Origin: Candidatus Marinacidobacterales bacterium
GTDB lineage: Bacteria > Acidobacteriota > Vicinamibacteria > Marinacidobacterales > SMYC01
NCBI GenBank assembly: GCA_965237955.1
Contig: OZ250169.1
Coordinates: 2,656,001 to 2,720,000 of the forward strand
Reading direction: 5' to 3'
Length of the DNA: 64,000 nucleotides
Below the pieces are notes generated by a model. That model was not told where the DNA came from. It did no database searches and was given only the letters and a program-made list of their open reading frames with translations. This document shows, in pieces, positions 1-11,143 of the stretch (the first letter of the stretch is position 1; each line of letters starts with the position of its first letter). The position numbers and the translations under genes were made by a program.

Positions 1-202
1 TCAAATACATCCGCACGACCACCACCTCTTCCGGTTTGCGGGTACGCGCACACCTTATCCGGCGTCGTTATCCGAAGGGCGTCAAAATCACTGACGAGCG
101 GATGCAGGCGCTTTCCGTTACAAAGGACCAGACTCTACCCAAATGGAACTACACCATCCGACCGTCTTGAAAACGGGAACTTATTTTGTCGCCGGCCCTT
201 AG
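1..202 (+). mobile_element. Right end of ISAzo13-family element; transposase C-terminus at 3..170
   Basis: Frame 3 reads KYIRTTTTSSGLRVRAHLIRRRYPKGVKITDERMQALSVTKDQTLPKWNYTIRPS*, a typical ISAzo13 C-terminus, followed by an end-like ...GGCCCTTAG. Confidence 0.75.
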
Positions 203-389
203 TCTAGAGAAAAGAGACTTTGGCGTGCGAAATTGCCGCCTCACGGGCCCCCGGGCAACCCAACAACTCCCATTGCCCCTCTACAGTCTTCGGGACGCCG
301 CCGGTTCACCGCCTCCGTCAACAGGTGACAGGCCCAAATCGCGCTCGCCCGGATCTCGATTTGCGGATGATCTTTTCTGGGGTCACCCA

Positions 390-3284
390 TCACTGGACTC
401 TTGGTCGTATCGCCGCCTTTGCCGCCTTTATCTCAACGAATGCTTTCTCCAGGCCCGGAGACTCCGCGGTCAGCTCAATCACGCCCGGCTCCTTCGCCGC
501 CTGGATGATGACCATGGCCAGGCCGTTGAAGGCGCTGCGCTTCTCTGCCTTGTCCGCCTCGTGGCTCGAGGGGTCGCCGTTTCCTACGCCGATGATCTCC
601 CCGGGGCCCTCTAGACTGAATCGCACCTCGTTCCCGGCGGTCGGCACCATCCGACCCTGCGCGTCGAGGATGGAAACCTTCACCAGAGAAACGTCTTCCC
701 CGTCCGCATTGATACTCGGGCGATCGGGCTCGAGTGCGATGCCAGCCGGTTCCTCCGTCGTCTCTCTCCTGGTCTCGGCGACGACCTCTCCGTCCCGGTA
801 GCACTTGGCCGTAAGCACTCCCGGCTCCCAATCGACCTTCCACGACAGGCTCGAGTACGGCTCCATGTCTTGGCGTCCTTGGCTCTCGCCGTTGAGAAAC
901 AGCTCGACGCTCTCACAGTTGGTGTAACAGCGGACGTCGATTGTCCTATCGCCCCCCTCTTTGTGGGCCCAGTTCCAGTGAGGGAATATGTGAAGGACGG
1001 TCTCGCTGCTCCAGACCGACTTGTAGTAGTAATAGGCATCCTTGGGGAAACCGCAGGTGTCCATGAAGCCGAATTGTGAGTTGATCCCTGGCCAGTCGAC
1101 AGGATGCGGCTCGCCGCGATGGTCGAAGCCAAAGTTGACGAATCCGCCAGCCACGTAATCAGACTCGGCTATCCTGCGCCAGCTCCGCTCGCCCGTTCTG
1201 TAAACGCTGAGATGGGCCTTCTCTCTGTTCTCGTCATATACCCCGCGCGTCGTCAAGCCGTGACCGGTCTCCTGGGCCACGATCGAACGCTCCGGGTTTT
1301 CAGCGTGGTATTCGTCTTGATTATCCGGATTAAAACCCCTCGCATCAATTACCTCTGACAAGTTTAGGAGATCTTCAAATAAACTAATCTCATCAGGCGT
1401 GCGCGCTCCTCCCATGCTCCCCACGCCCGAGACGCCCGAGATGGTGGGTCGGGTGGGATCCAGTCGCTTGATCACGTCATACATCGCCTGTGTTTGTTTC
1501 TTTGCCACCTTAAGGCCCTGCTTCAAGGCCTCGTTTTTCAAGGACCAGAAGATGACGCTGGGGTGGTTCCTATCGCGCCTCACCAAGCTTTCCACTTCGG
1601 CAAGCACCTCCTCCGAATCACCCATGTGGCGGTTTTCGTCCATCACCAGTATCCCCAGGCGGTCGCACGCGTCCAATATCGCCTCGGTATGCTGGTTGTG
1701 CATCGTGCGGTAGCCGTTGCTGCCCATCTCCTTGAGCTTCTCTATTTTGTAAGCGTTGATCCTGTCTGGGAGCGCGACCCCCACTCCAGCGAAGTCATGG
1801 TGACTGTTGGATCCGTTGATCTTCACGTGTTTACCGTTGAGGAAGAACCCGTTCCCGTCGAAGCGGAAATACCGTACCCCCAGCGGGGTCTCGTAACGGT
1901 CGGTGACGCGCCCGCCGCTCGATACCGCAGTCTTTACCGCATACAAGTATGGGTTCTCCAGCGACCACAAGGTCGGCTCTTTGATCGTCATGTCCTGGCT
2001 GAATTCGTACTCCTGACCCGCCGCGATAGTCTGCTCCGCCTCAGAAGTCACCACCGAGTTGCCTTCCATGTCAGTAACCGTGCTCATGAGCGTGCACTCC
2101 ATCGACTCCGCGCCCTCGTTGACGACGGTCGTCTGTATGTTGACCTCTGCCAGCTCTTCCGTGATCTCCGGCGTGGTGACGAAGGTCCCCCAGTGACCGA
2201 CGTGCAGGGGGTCGAGCTTCGTCAGCCAGACGTGGCGGTAGATGCCGCCGCCCTCGTACCACCAGCCCTCGTCCCAGTCCGCGTCGGCGCGCACTGTCAC
2301 TACATTCTTCCCGCCGAAGTTCGCCGCCTCGGTGATGTCGTAATAAAAGCCCGTGTAGCCGCTCCAGTCGTGGCCGAGCCAGTGACCGTTTATCCAGACG
2401 TTGCTGTTCCTGTAGACCCCGTCGAACTCCAGCCATATCCGCTTGCCCTTGTCCGCAGCCGGGAGCTTAAAGGCACGGCGGTACCAGCCGACGCCCTTGG
2501 GCTTGTAACCATGGTCCCTGTCGTACCAGAGCTCGCCTTCCCTTATGCCCTGGGGCTTGTCCGCCCCCTTGGGGTCGAACTCGCCCCCCACCACGAAGTC
2601 GTGGGGAACGCGGACCTCTTCCCAGCCGCTGTCGTCGAAGTCGACCGACGCCGTCTTCACGGACCGCATCTTCGGGTCGTCTTGCCACAGGGCCGGCCGG
2701 TTGTACAGGACCGTGCCGTCAATGCCGCCGCGTCCCCCGGTGTTGTGCACCAGCACCGCCAGCTCGTTCCGCCCGCCATCTTCCCAGGTGTAGTTCAGAT
2801 TGATCTCGAACGGGAAGTCCCCTCCCTCATGGTAGTAGGCTAACTTCCCGTTGACGTAGACGGTCGCGTTGTCGTCCACGGATTGAAAATAGATCCGAGG
2901 CCTTCCGGTCGGCCCGGGCGGCAAGTCTCCGAGTTCGGCGCGGAACCAGGCAAGACCCTCCTTGCCCCCAAACACGTCGCTACCCGGCTCCGTCTCCCCC
3001 CAACCGGAGATATCGAGCCCGGGCGCCGCCATCGATTTCGCCTCGTCCTCGCCCTTCTCGCTCGTCTTCCAGCTCCACTTGTCGATAGTCTTTCCCCGGG
3101 GCAAGGGGGTGAATCCCTCTGCCCTCCCCCGGTAGAAACGCCAGCCTTCGTCCATGAGTAGTTTCTGTCTCGGATTCTTGTCCAGGTCATCTCCCAGCGT
3201 GCATGCGCTCGCTATTAAGGCTATGGAAATAAGACTCATGGAGAGAAATAGGTTCAAAACGACCTTTATGCTCATCTTTCTCAT
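390..3284 (-). CDS. GH2 beta-galactosidase-like lipoprotein
   Basis: 964 aa; lipobox IASAC; GH2 motifs LEFDGVY, WWYEGGGIYRHVWL, RDRNHPSVIFWSLKNE; C-terminal GVGNGDP. Confidence 0.92.
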   Translation of the reverse strand: MRKMSIKVVLNLFLSMSLISIALIASACTLGDDLDKNPRQKLLMDEGWRFYRGRAEGFTPLPRGKTIDKWSWKTSEKGEDEAKSMAAPGLDISGWGETEPGSDVFGGKEGLAWFRAELGDLPPGPTGRPRIYFQSVDDNATVYVNGKLAYYHEGGDFPFEINLNYTWEDGGRNELAVLVHNTGGRGGIDGTVLYNRPALWQDDPKMRSVKTASVDFDDSGWEEVRVPHDFVVGGEFDPKGADKPQGIREGELWYDRDHGYKPKGVGWYRRAFKLPAADKGKRIWLEFDGVYRNSNVWINGHWLGHDWSGYTGFYYDITEAANFGGKNVVTVRADADWDEGWWYEGGGIYRHVWLTKLDPLHVGHWGTFVTTPEITEELAEVNIQTTVVNEGAESMECTLMSTVTDMEGNSVVTSEAEQTIAAGQEYEFSQDMTIKEPTLWSLENPYLYAVKTAVSSGGRVTDRYETPLGVRYFRFDGNGFFLNGKHVKINGSNSHHDFAGVGVALPDRINAYKIEKLKEMGSNGYRTMHNQHTEAILDACDRLGILVMDENRHMGDSEEVLAEVESLVRRDRNHPSVIFWSLKNEALKQGLKVAKKQTQAMYDVIKRLDPTRPTISGVSGVGSMGGARTPDEISLFEDLLNLSEVIDARGFNPDNQDEYHAENPERSIVAQETGHGLTTRGVYDENREKAHLSVYRTGERSWRRIAESDYVAGGFVNFGFDHRGEPHPVDWPGINSQFGFMDTCGFPKDAYYYYKSVWSSETVLHIFPHWNWAHKEGGDRTIDVRCYTNCESVELFLNGESQGRQDMEPYSSLSWKVDWEPGVLTAKCYRDGEVVAETRRETTEEPAGIALEPDRPSINADGEDVSLVKVSILDAQGRMVPTAGNEVRFSLEGPGEIIGVGNGDPSSHEADKAEKRSAFNGLAMVIIQAAKEPGVIELTAESPGLEKAFVEIKAAKAAIRPRVQ

Positions 3285-3316
3285 TTGATAACCTCCCTTC
3301 AGATTTTCATAGAACG

Positions 3317-3539
3317 TGGCGAAAGTTGCATATCAGTGTCGACGAGACGACGAAAGAGATCGTCGCCGCGGAGATCACGATAAGCAACGTTCACGACAGC
3401 CGAATGTTCGCCGGGTTGCTGGACCAAGTTCCTGGTGACATACGCCAGGTGTCCGGCGACGGCGCCTACGACACGCGGGCATGCTACGAATCCGCGGTCG
3501 AGCGAGGAGCCATCGTGACTATACCACCCCGTCCAAGGG
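3317..3539 (+). pseudogene. Internal fragment of IS5 (IS903-group) transposase, cut by the next IS
   Basis: WRKLHISVDETTKEIVAAEIT...SGDGAYDTRACY...IPPR. Confidence 0.8.
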
Positions 3540-4643
3540 GGCTTTGGTGCATGGCGACGCCGCGGGGGCAAGGTCACCTTAGCGTATGGCGTATGATTGA
3601 CAGTTCAACCAACCGGAGTTGAAAGCAATCATGCGCTATCCGAAGAGGAGCCAGCACAAGTACACGAAGAAGTCCTATCACCTGCGCAACTGGCCAGATT
3701 ATGAGGGCGCTCTGCGACGGCGAGGCGACCTGACTCTGTAGTTCTCCGAGGAAGCCCTCCGGGCCTGGCATGCGCGCGCTGGATCGAAGCCAGGCGGCCA
3801 GCGAATCTATTCCGACCTCGCCATCGAGACCGCCTTGACAGTGCGCTCGGTTTACCATCTTGCTCTGCGTCAGACGGAGGGTTTCCTCGAGTCTTTATCG
3901 GTGCGGCTCGGATTGAATCTACGAATACCCGATCACACCACGCTGTCGCGCCGAGCGAAGTGTCTCAACGTGAACGTGTTTCATCAGCCGACCGCTCAAC
4001 CTCTTCATATCTTGGTGGATAGCACCGGTTTGAAGGTGTACGTTGACAGCGAGTGGAGAAAGCACAGTAGCCGCCGGCTGTGGCGAAAACTTCATTTGGT
4101 GGTGGATTCGCAGACGGGTGACATTTTGACGTCGGAGCTCACCACGAACAAAGTGGGTGATGCTTCCCAGGTACCCATTCTGCTCGCGCAGATCGACGAG
4201 GCCATTAGCTCGATGTCTGGGAATGGCGCCTATGATACCCAATTGGTCTACGACACGCTAGAGAATCATCAAGCCAGTGAACCGGTCACGGTCCTTATTC
4301 CGCCAAGGCGGCGCGCCCGGCGTAGCGGTTCTGGCGCGATCGCGTCTGCAGATCGAGACCGACAAATCCAATTCATAGAGGAGCACGGGCGGCGACGCTG
4401 GCAGAAGGAGTCTGGGTTCAACCGACGTAACTTGGTGGAGACGGCGATGTATATCGATACAAGACGATCGCCGGTGGGCGCCTACGTGCTCGGAGTCTAC
4501 CGAGTCAATGCACCGAGACGAAAGTGGCCTGCTCGATACTCAACCGGATGACGGGGCTGGAAATGCCGGACAGCTATCGAGCCGCCTGAAACGTCAAATT
4601 GGGGACAGTCCTGCGTTCGGGGGTCGAGCCATGCAACAAAGCC
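3540..4643 (+). mobile_element. IS5 family IS903-group element with degenerate transposase
   Basis: Terminal IRs GGCTTTGGTGCATGGC / GCCATGCAACAAAGCC; ORF from 3631 (NWPDYEGALRRRGDLTL*) has stops and frameshifts; DSTGLKVY and WRKLHL motifs. Confidence 0.88.
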
Positions 4644-4937
4644 GGGGAAGACACAGGTGTGCCTGTGCGTTGCCTTAAGAAATGGCACCGAGGAGATGAA
4701 GGGGGAGGGCGAAGCTAAGGCTGAGGAGAAGCGCGAGAGTGGGTCTTGGAGTTTGCAGAGCCTGGAGCAGGTATCGGATCTCGAGAGCGCTGAGAAGGTC
4801 GTCGTTTGCGCGTTGTTTCGATTCGTAGAAAAGCGTTTTGGAGCCCGGAGTCCAATGGCAAAACGACCGCAACGTGGTAGACTTAACCTTAGTTATATAA
4901 GTGGTTTGTGGCTGATCCCCGGACTCCCCAGATGAGC

Positions 4938-4980
4938 CTCCGGACCGTGAGGTCACAGGTTCAAATCCTGTCGGGCGCGC
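4938..4980 (+). tRNA. 3' half of tRNA-Arg(CCG); non-functional att-site remnant
   Basis: Anticodon loop CTCCGGA, T-arm ACAGG-TTCAAAT-CCTGT and acceptor 3' strand CGGGCGCG; no 5' acceptor strand or D-arm upstream. Confidence 0.75.
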
Positions 4981-5056
4981 TTTTTGCAAACTGATGCGAG
5001 ATATGTGCCAGGCATTTGAAGGATAGTTCCTCTGTTCCTTTTGCGGAGAAAAAGCG

Positions 5057-7809
5057 TGAAACGAACAACGCGGCGCGAATTCATGAAACAGGCAGCGATC
5101 GGAGGCTACGCGGCCGGGAGTCTGCCTTTGAATGGCTCGACATGGGTGGCGGGGGGCGCGATCGCCTCGGCGATGCCGCCTGATTATGATTTAAACACAG
5201 ACGCAGTTCTACAGCGCCTCAGTGAAGGCTCCGGCGGCAAAACGCCGACCGTAAAGAATTTCGATCGAGACTGGGTGGAATCACTCTTTAAGCGCGGGCA
5301 GCCAGCCGTCTATGGCGAGGAAGGTTTCGATTATATCGGAATGCCAATCGGCGGCTTGACCGCTGGACAATTATACCTGGGAGGCGACGGCAAGCTGTGG
5401 CATTGGGACATCTTCAATACAGGCCGCTATACGGAGGTGGTAGATGCCTATCGTTTCCCGACCCGGCAGAATTCACCGATTGAACAGGGATTTGCCGTTC
5501 GCATTGCAGCTGATGATAAACAGCAGGTGCGCACGCTCGATCGCCATGGATTCTCGAGTATCAAATTCAAAGGCCAGTATCCCATCGGATATGTCTCGTA
5601 TGCCGATCCCGGCTCACCAGTTACGGTGGATCTGGAAGCGTTTTCCCCCTTTATCCCGCTGGATTTCGAAGATTCCAGTTTTCCGGCGACCGTCATGAAA
5701 TACACCGTCAAAAACGCAAGTGACAAAGCCGTAACAGCGGATATTGCAGGCTGGCTGGAGAACGCCGTCTGTACATCGAACATTCGGCGTATTGCTTCCG
5801 CCGAGCGAATAAATGAAATCGAGTCTCGCCCTGAAGCGACGTATCTCAAATCGAGTGTGAGGGCGTTGGATATAGCGAGCTTGGAAAGAATTCATGCAAC
5901 TCCAGAGCACCTTGCGGATCAGCGTGATTACGGTACGATGGCGCTCACGCTTGTAGGATCCTCCGATCCGGCAATTAACGATACCGATGTTGCTCTACCG
6001 GCTGGCATCTTCGACGCCGGCTCATCGAGCCAGAATCCTGTGGCAAAATCGCTGGCCGAGCAATTGATTGGTTCGCTGGGCCGCCGACTGACGTTGGAGC
6101 CGGGTCAATCGACCGACGTGACGTTTGTTATCAGCTGGTTCTTTCCAAAATCTCGCGTTGAGCGGTATATCGACACTGACGCGACCCGCTGGTACGCGAA
6201 ACGCTTCAATTCCGCGTGGGACGCGGCGGCGGTGTTGGTGAAGAATCTTGATGCACTCAATGAGCAGACCCAACTATGGAAGGACACCTGGTACGATTCA
6301 ACGCTGCCGTACTGGTTTCTCGACCGCACCTTCCTGAACACAAGTATCCTTGCCTCCGAAACCTGTTTTCGCTTCACGGACGGCCGCTTTTACGGCGATG
6401 AAGGCATTTACTGCTGCCCCGGCACGTGCACGCACGTATGGGGTTACGTGCAGGCGACGGGGCGCCTATTCCCGGAATTGGAGAAATCACTGCGCGAAAT
6501 GGTCGACTTCAAAAAGAATGTGGCGTTCTTTCCCGAGACCGGTGCGATCAGTTTTCGCGGCGAGTTCGATGAGTGGTTCCCGCTGCCGACGACGGCTGTG
6601 GACGGCCAGGCCGGCATTATCCTTCGCACCTACCGCGAACACCAGATGTCAGCGGACGATGCCTTTCTGCGGCGAAACTACAAAAACGTTAAACGAGCGA
6701 TGGACTTTTTGATCAGTAAGCATGATCCCAATTTCGATGGAATCCTGGAAGGCGCGCAGCACAACACTCTGGACGCCGACTGGTACGGAAAGATTACGTG
6801 GCTCAGCCTTTATTACTGTGCGGCGTTGCGGGCCGCGGAGCAAATGGCACTGGAAATGGGCGATACCACGTACGCTAATCATGTTCGCGAGATTGCCGAA
6901 CGCGGTGGGCACAATATTGCCGAAGAGCTGTTCAACGGCGAATACTTCATCCAGAAACCTGATCCAGACCATCCCGATTCGCCCGGCTCGTTCCATGGCT
7001 GCGAGTACAGCCAGCTGCTGGGCCAGGGCTGGGCCCACCAGGTTGGATTAGGGCGCATCATTGACAATGCCAAGGTCAAGAGCGCCTTGCGTTCATTGTG
7101 GCGCTACAATTTCTCCACCGACGTAGGGCCCTTCCGCGAGCAGAATCCCAAAGGTCGCTGGTACGCCATGCCGGGCGAAGGCGGCCTTATCGCCTGCACC
7201 TTTCCAATAGGAGGTTCTGAAGTGCTCGAGCATGGAAATCGGCATTTCGCCGGCTACATGAATGAGTGTCAGAACGGTTATGAATACGGCGCTACCTCGC
7301 TGATGATGTGGGAAGGAATGGTGGACTACGCTTTGGCACACACGCGAACCCTGCATGACCGCTACCATGCCTCGCGCCGCAATCCGTGGAACGAGATCGA
7401 ATGCGGCGAACACTATGCTCGATCCATGGCCAGCTACGGCCTCTTCACGGCCATCTGCGGCTTTGAATATCACGGTCCCAAGGGATACATCGCGTTTTCG
7501 CCCCGTCTCAGGCCGGAAGACTTCCGCGCAGCGTTCACTTCTGCCAAAGGCTGGGGATCGTTTTCGCAGAAGCGATCGGATAAATTGCAGACGGAGACAA
7601 TCGAGGTTAAGTGGGGCCAACTGCGATCAAAAAGCCTGGCCTTCGATCTGCCCAAAGGATCGCGCGCGGAAAAAGTTTCCGTAACAGCGGCGGATCAGAA
7701 GTTCGCCGCAACCTGGAGCATGCAAGACAGCCGCGTTATGATCGAGCTGGATCGTGAAATAGATTTGGGCACCGGCGATGCTTTAGCGATCGAGATCGCG
7801 CTTGATTAA
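5057..7809 (+). CDS. GH116 glycoside hydrolase (GBA2-like) with Tat signal
   Basis: TRREFMK twin-arginine leader; GMPIGGL-GQLYLGGDG, CPGTCTHVWGY, QHNTLD and NPWNEIECGEHYARSMAS. Confidence 0.9.
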
Positions 7810-7871
7810 AGGTTGTTTCAATTCTACCTCAGCGGTCGGCTCCCGACGCAGGCGCGGACAAACGTCGCCGC

Positions 7872-8083
7872 GTTATCTTCGTGACGGATCTCGGCGTCTA
7901 CGATCACGATAGCCCCGGCTTCGCGTCAGCTCACAACGTCGGGATTTTTCGTTCCAGCGACTCCCTGTTGATGACCTCAACTTCGCTGGGACAAGGCCTG
8001 AGCGGGACCTTCCTGCCCGGCACCGTCGGCGGAACACGCGTCAACCCGGTGGCTGCGACGCACCTCTTGATGGGTACCGAGGG
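7872..8083 (+). pseudogene. Fragment of a DUF4082-like secreted domain
   Basis: VTDLGVYDHDSPGFASAHNVGIF...LL.S.S resembles the VTxLGxYD...HxVG motif; no start, ends at the mini-element. Confidence 0.35.
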
Positions 8084-8179
8084 TACTGTCAAATTGAGGT
8101 GAGGAACCACAATATTGTGTGGTCAGGTTAGGTGTAGCAACGACTACATCTTGTGGTCCGCGCTCCCAACTTGACAGCA
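8084..8179. mobile_element. ~96-bp miniature inverted-repeat element containing two palindromic boxes
   Basis: Ends TACTGTCAAATTGAG and CCCAACTTGACAGCA (imperfect IR); internal CCACAATATTGTGTGG and CGACTACATCTTGTGG. Confidence 0.5.
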
Positions 8180-9954
8180 ATGGCACCGCCCGTGTGGGCG
8201 GAGGTCATCGGGGAATGAACGAAATCCATTCGTTCACTCGAAAGTACCCTCTTACCGGGTTCCCTATGACTGGGTTCCACAACTAGAAAGGCCTGTGGAA
8301 AAAGCTGTGATCCCTCCTCCCAATTCAGAGTTCAGAATCGAACCCCAATAATAGGCCCATTGCTCAGGGCGGGGAACAATTCCCCGCCCATTTCTAAACT
8401 CACCGACCAAACCCCGCTCGCGTACGGCGTCGGGCCACGCGTCATATTCCCTTTGCCGAGACGTTTTCCCGCTAGGAAGCGAAGGATCCGCGGAATCGGT
8501 TCGCGTCGACTCGAGACCATCGGAGTCTTGAGGCCAAACGGTCGGAACTCGGAACTCCATCATTGCGCGAGCCTGTCAGCGTTGCACTTGCAGGAAAGCC
8601 ACGACGTCTACGAGTTCTTGGGGTGTCATACCGGAGACCAATCCATTAGGCATCAGCGAACTCCGACTGGGATAGCGATCTACGATCTCGCTCTTGTTCA
8701 CCGCAAAGACACGACCATCGGAGTCGATCAACTCCAAAGACGAATCCGAATCGTCCTTAATGAAACCGATCAGATACCCCTGTCTTTGTGTCCTCAGGAC
8801 CCAGGCCCGGTATTCATGACCGATGGCCGCACTAGGATAAAGGATCGAGTCCAGCATCTCCTGCTTGCCATACTTTTGCCCTATGCGGGACAGATCGGGC
8901 CCGATATCCCGACCCTCTCCCTGAACGCGATGACAATTCGAGCACTGAGCGACATCGGAGCGATAGAACAAAGCTCGTCCTCGCTCTGGATCCCCGACCA
9001 TGGCCAGGAGCGTCTCTGCCGGCGGTAGAGGGCTACCCTCTCGGGTCGTATCCTGAGGGAAGTTCTCGGCCGCCAAAAGCCGTACATCTTCGTGCGCACT
9101 CCTGTGGAGACGCTGTGCCACCAGCGCTTCCAGGTCGGCCGGGAGGTCGCCCGACTCGACCATATTGAGCAACATCAGAGAACCCGATTTTGAACGCGAA
9201 AGCAGCTCCACCGTTTCTTGTCTGAGTCCGGGGTCTCGCTCTAAATCCGCAACGATCATACGCAGCAGCTCGGAAGCCTGATCGTATCCGTAGGCATTGA
9301 GAATCCGCACTGCGCTTTCCTGAATCTCGCTGTCGGGGTCATTCAAAAGAGCGACCACCTTCTCTACCTGGGGTTCCTGCAGCAGGCCTTGATGATGATT
9401 AATGGTATCGGCGGCGTGCCGGGCAGCTTGTCGTCTTTCCTCTTCCGGGAGGGACAGGTCGGTGGCGATCTGAAGAAACCTTGGCAAGAAATGGATGCGA
9501 CCGGTCCCGGTGATGAATCGCAACGCCGCTTGCTGAAGAGTTGGATTCTCCAGGCTCTGGGTCAGAAACTCTTCGATATCCGTACCCTCCAGGGTGGCTG
9601 CCCAGACCCGACCACCGTCTCGGCCCAGCAGGTCTAATACCAACTCTTGTTGCTGAGGCCTGCCGGAGTGCAACTGCTTCATCAGGTGAGTTCCTGCAGA
9701 AACGCTTTGGATGGCATCCAGTGTCCTGACGGCCAATTCGCGCAGTTCACGAGTGCGGGATTGCAGGCCTTTGACTGCCAGCGCTTCCGCCTCAGGCGTG
9801 TGGAGTTGGAAGGCCAGGCTCGCCACCTGAGCGTTCCAGCGCGCACCGATCCGGTCGAGGAGAGCCCGGAAAGCCCACTTTTCACGACCCTTGAAGCCGA
9901 TTCCAAGCGCTTCACGATAATAACGATCCTGGCCATCGAATTGGGCAGCCAGAT

Positions 9955-11143
9955 CTAGTCCCATGGAACAGAAAAAGCTAGACAACACCGGCCCTTCTGT
10001 GATCTGCTAAATGCATGAAACACAAGGGCCGGCGAAAAGCCGAATTGAAGCTGTCGTCTCAAGAAAGCGAAGCGCTGACGCGACTGGCGCGACGCAGCCG
10101 TAGTTCGCCGCACCAAGCCTTCCGAGCGAAGATCGTGCTGGATTGCGCGGCGGGTCTGACGAATATGGAAGTTGCTAGGAAGATGCACACCATGAGGAGC
10201 ACGGTGGGCAAGTGGCGAAGACGCTTTGTAGAACAACGAATGGAAGGGTTGTACGACGAACCTCGGCCGGGAGCGGCTCGCAAAATCGGCGATGACCAGA
10301 TCGAGGAAGTCGTGACCAAGACGCTGGAGACGACTCCAAAGGGGAGAACCCATTGGAGTACGTGCTCGATGGCCAAGCATCTTGGGCTGAGTCATTCGAC
10401 GATTGGACGTATTTGGCGAACGTTCGGGCTTCAACCGCACCGCTCGGAATCGTTTCGTCTCTCGCAAGACCCACAACTGGTCGAAAAAGTACGCGACGTT
10501 GTTGGCCTGTATATGAACCCACCGGATAACGCGGTCGTCCTGTGCGTCGACGAGAAATCGCAGATTCAAGCGCTCGAGCGTGCTCAACCTGTCCTGCCCA
10601 TGAGCTTGGGCCAGCCCGAGCGACAAACCCACGACTACATTCGGCATGGAACGACTGACCTGTTTGCCGCACTCGACGCCGCAACAGGTGAAGTCTTCGG
10701 AAAGTGCTACGCGCGACATCGAGCGCTAGAGTTCAAGAAGTTCCTCGCTGAGATCGAAGCAGCCGTTCCCAGCGAGTTGGACATCCACGTCGTGCTCGAC
10801 AATCTCGCCACGCACAAGACACCGGCGATCAAACGCTGGCTTTCCAAGCGACCTCGCTTCCACTTTCACTTCACACCGACACACGCCTCTTGGCTCAACT
10901 TCGCTGAGCGCTTCTTTGGCTTGCTCACCGAACACGCCTTGCGACGAGGCTCGCACACGAGCGTGCCTCAGCTCCGCGTTGCGATACAAGACTATCTCGA
11001 TGCTCACAACGAGAACCCAAAGCCGTTCAAGTGGACGAAATCCGCCGACCAAATCCTCGAAACCATCGCTCGGTTCGCCCAGCGAACGCTCGATACACAT
11101 GGCAAATCGAATTTGGACAGTAATTAAAGATCCAGGGGGCTAG
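9955..11143 (+). mobile_element. IS630-family insertion sequence flanked by CTAG
   Basis: CTAG at 9955-9958 and 11140-11143; ends CTAGTCCCATGGA... / ...GATCCAGGGGGCTAG. Confidence 0.93.
10015..11127 (+). CDS. IS630 transposase (intact)
   Basis: HTH region; [45 protein letters not shown]. Confidence 0.95.
   Translation: MKHKGRRKAELKLSSQESEALTRLARRSRSSPHQAFRAKIVLDCAAGLTNMEVARKMHTMRSTVGKWRRRFVEQRMEGLYDEPRPGAARKIGDDQIEEVVTKTLETTPKGRTHWSTCSMAKHLGLSHSTIGRIWRTFGLQPHRSESFRLSQDPQLVEKVRDVVGLYMNPPDNAVVLCVDEKSQIQALERAQPVLPMSLGQPERQTHDYIRHGTTDLFAALDAATGEVFGKCYARHRALEFKKFLAEIEAAVPSELDIHVVLDNLATHKTPAIKRWLSKRPRFHFHFTPTHASWLNFAERFFGLLTEHALRRGSHTSVPQLRVAIQDYLDAHNENPKPFKWTKSADQILETIARFAQRTLDTHGKSNLDSN

Noticed and set aside
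1494-2843. Long antisense ORFs (also 23947..24891, 37444..38514, 40339..41511, 52142..53092)
   Set aside because: Shadow frames opposite well-supported genes in high-GC DNA
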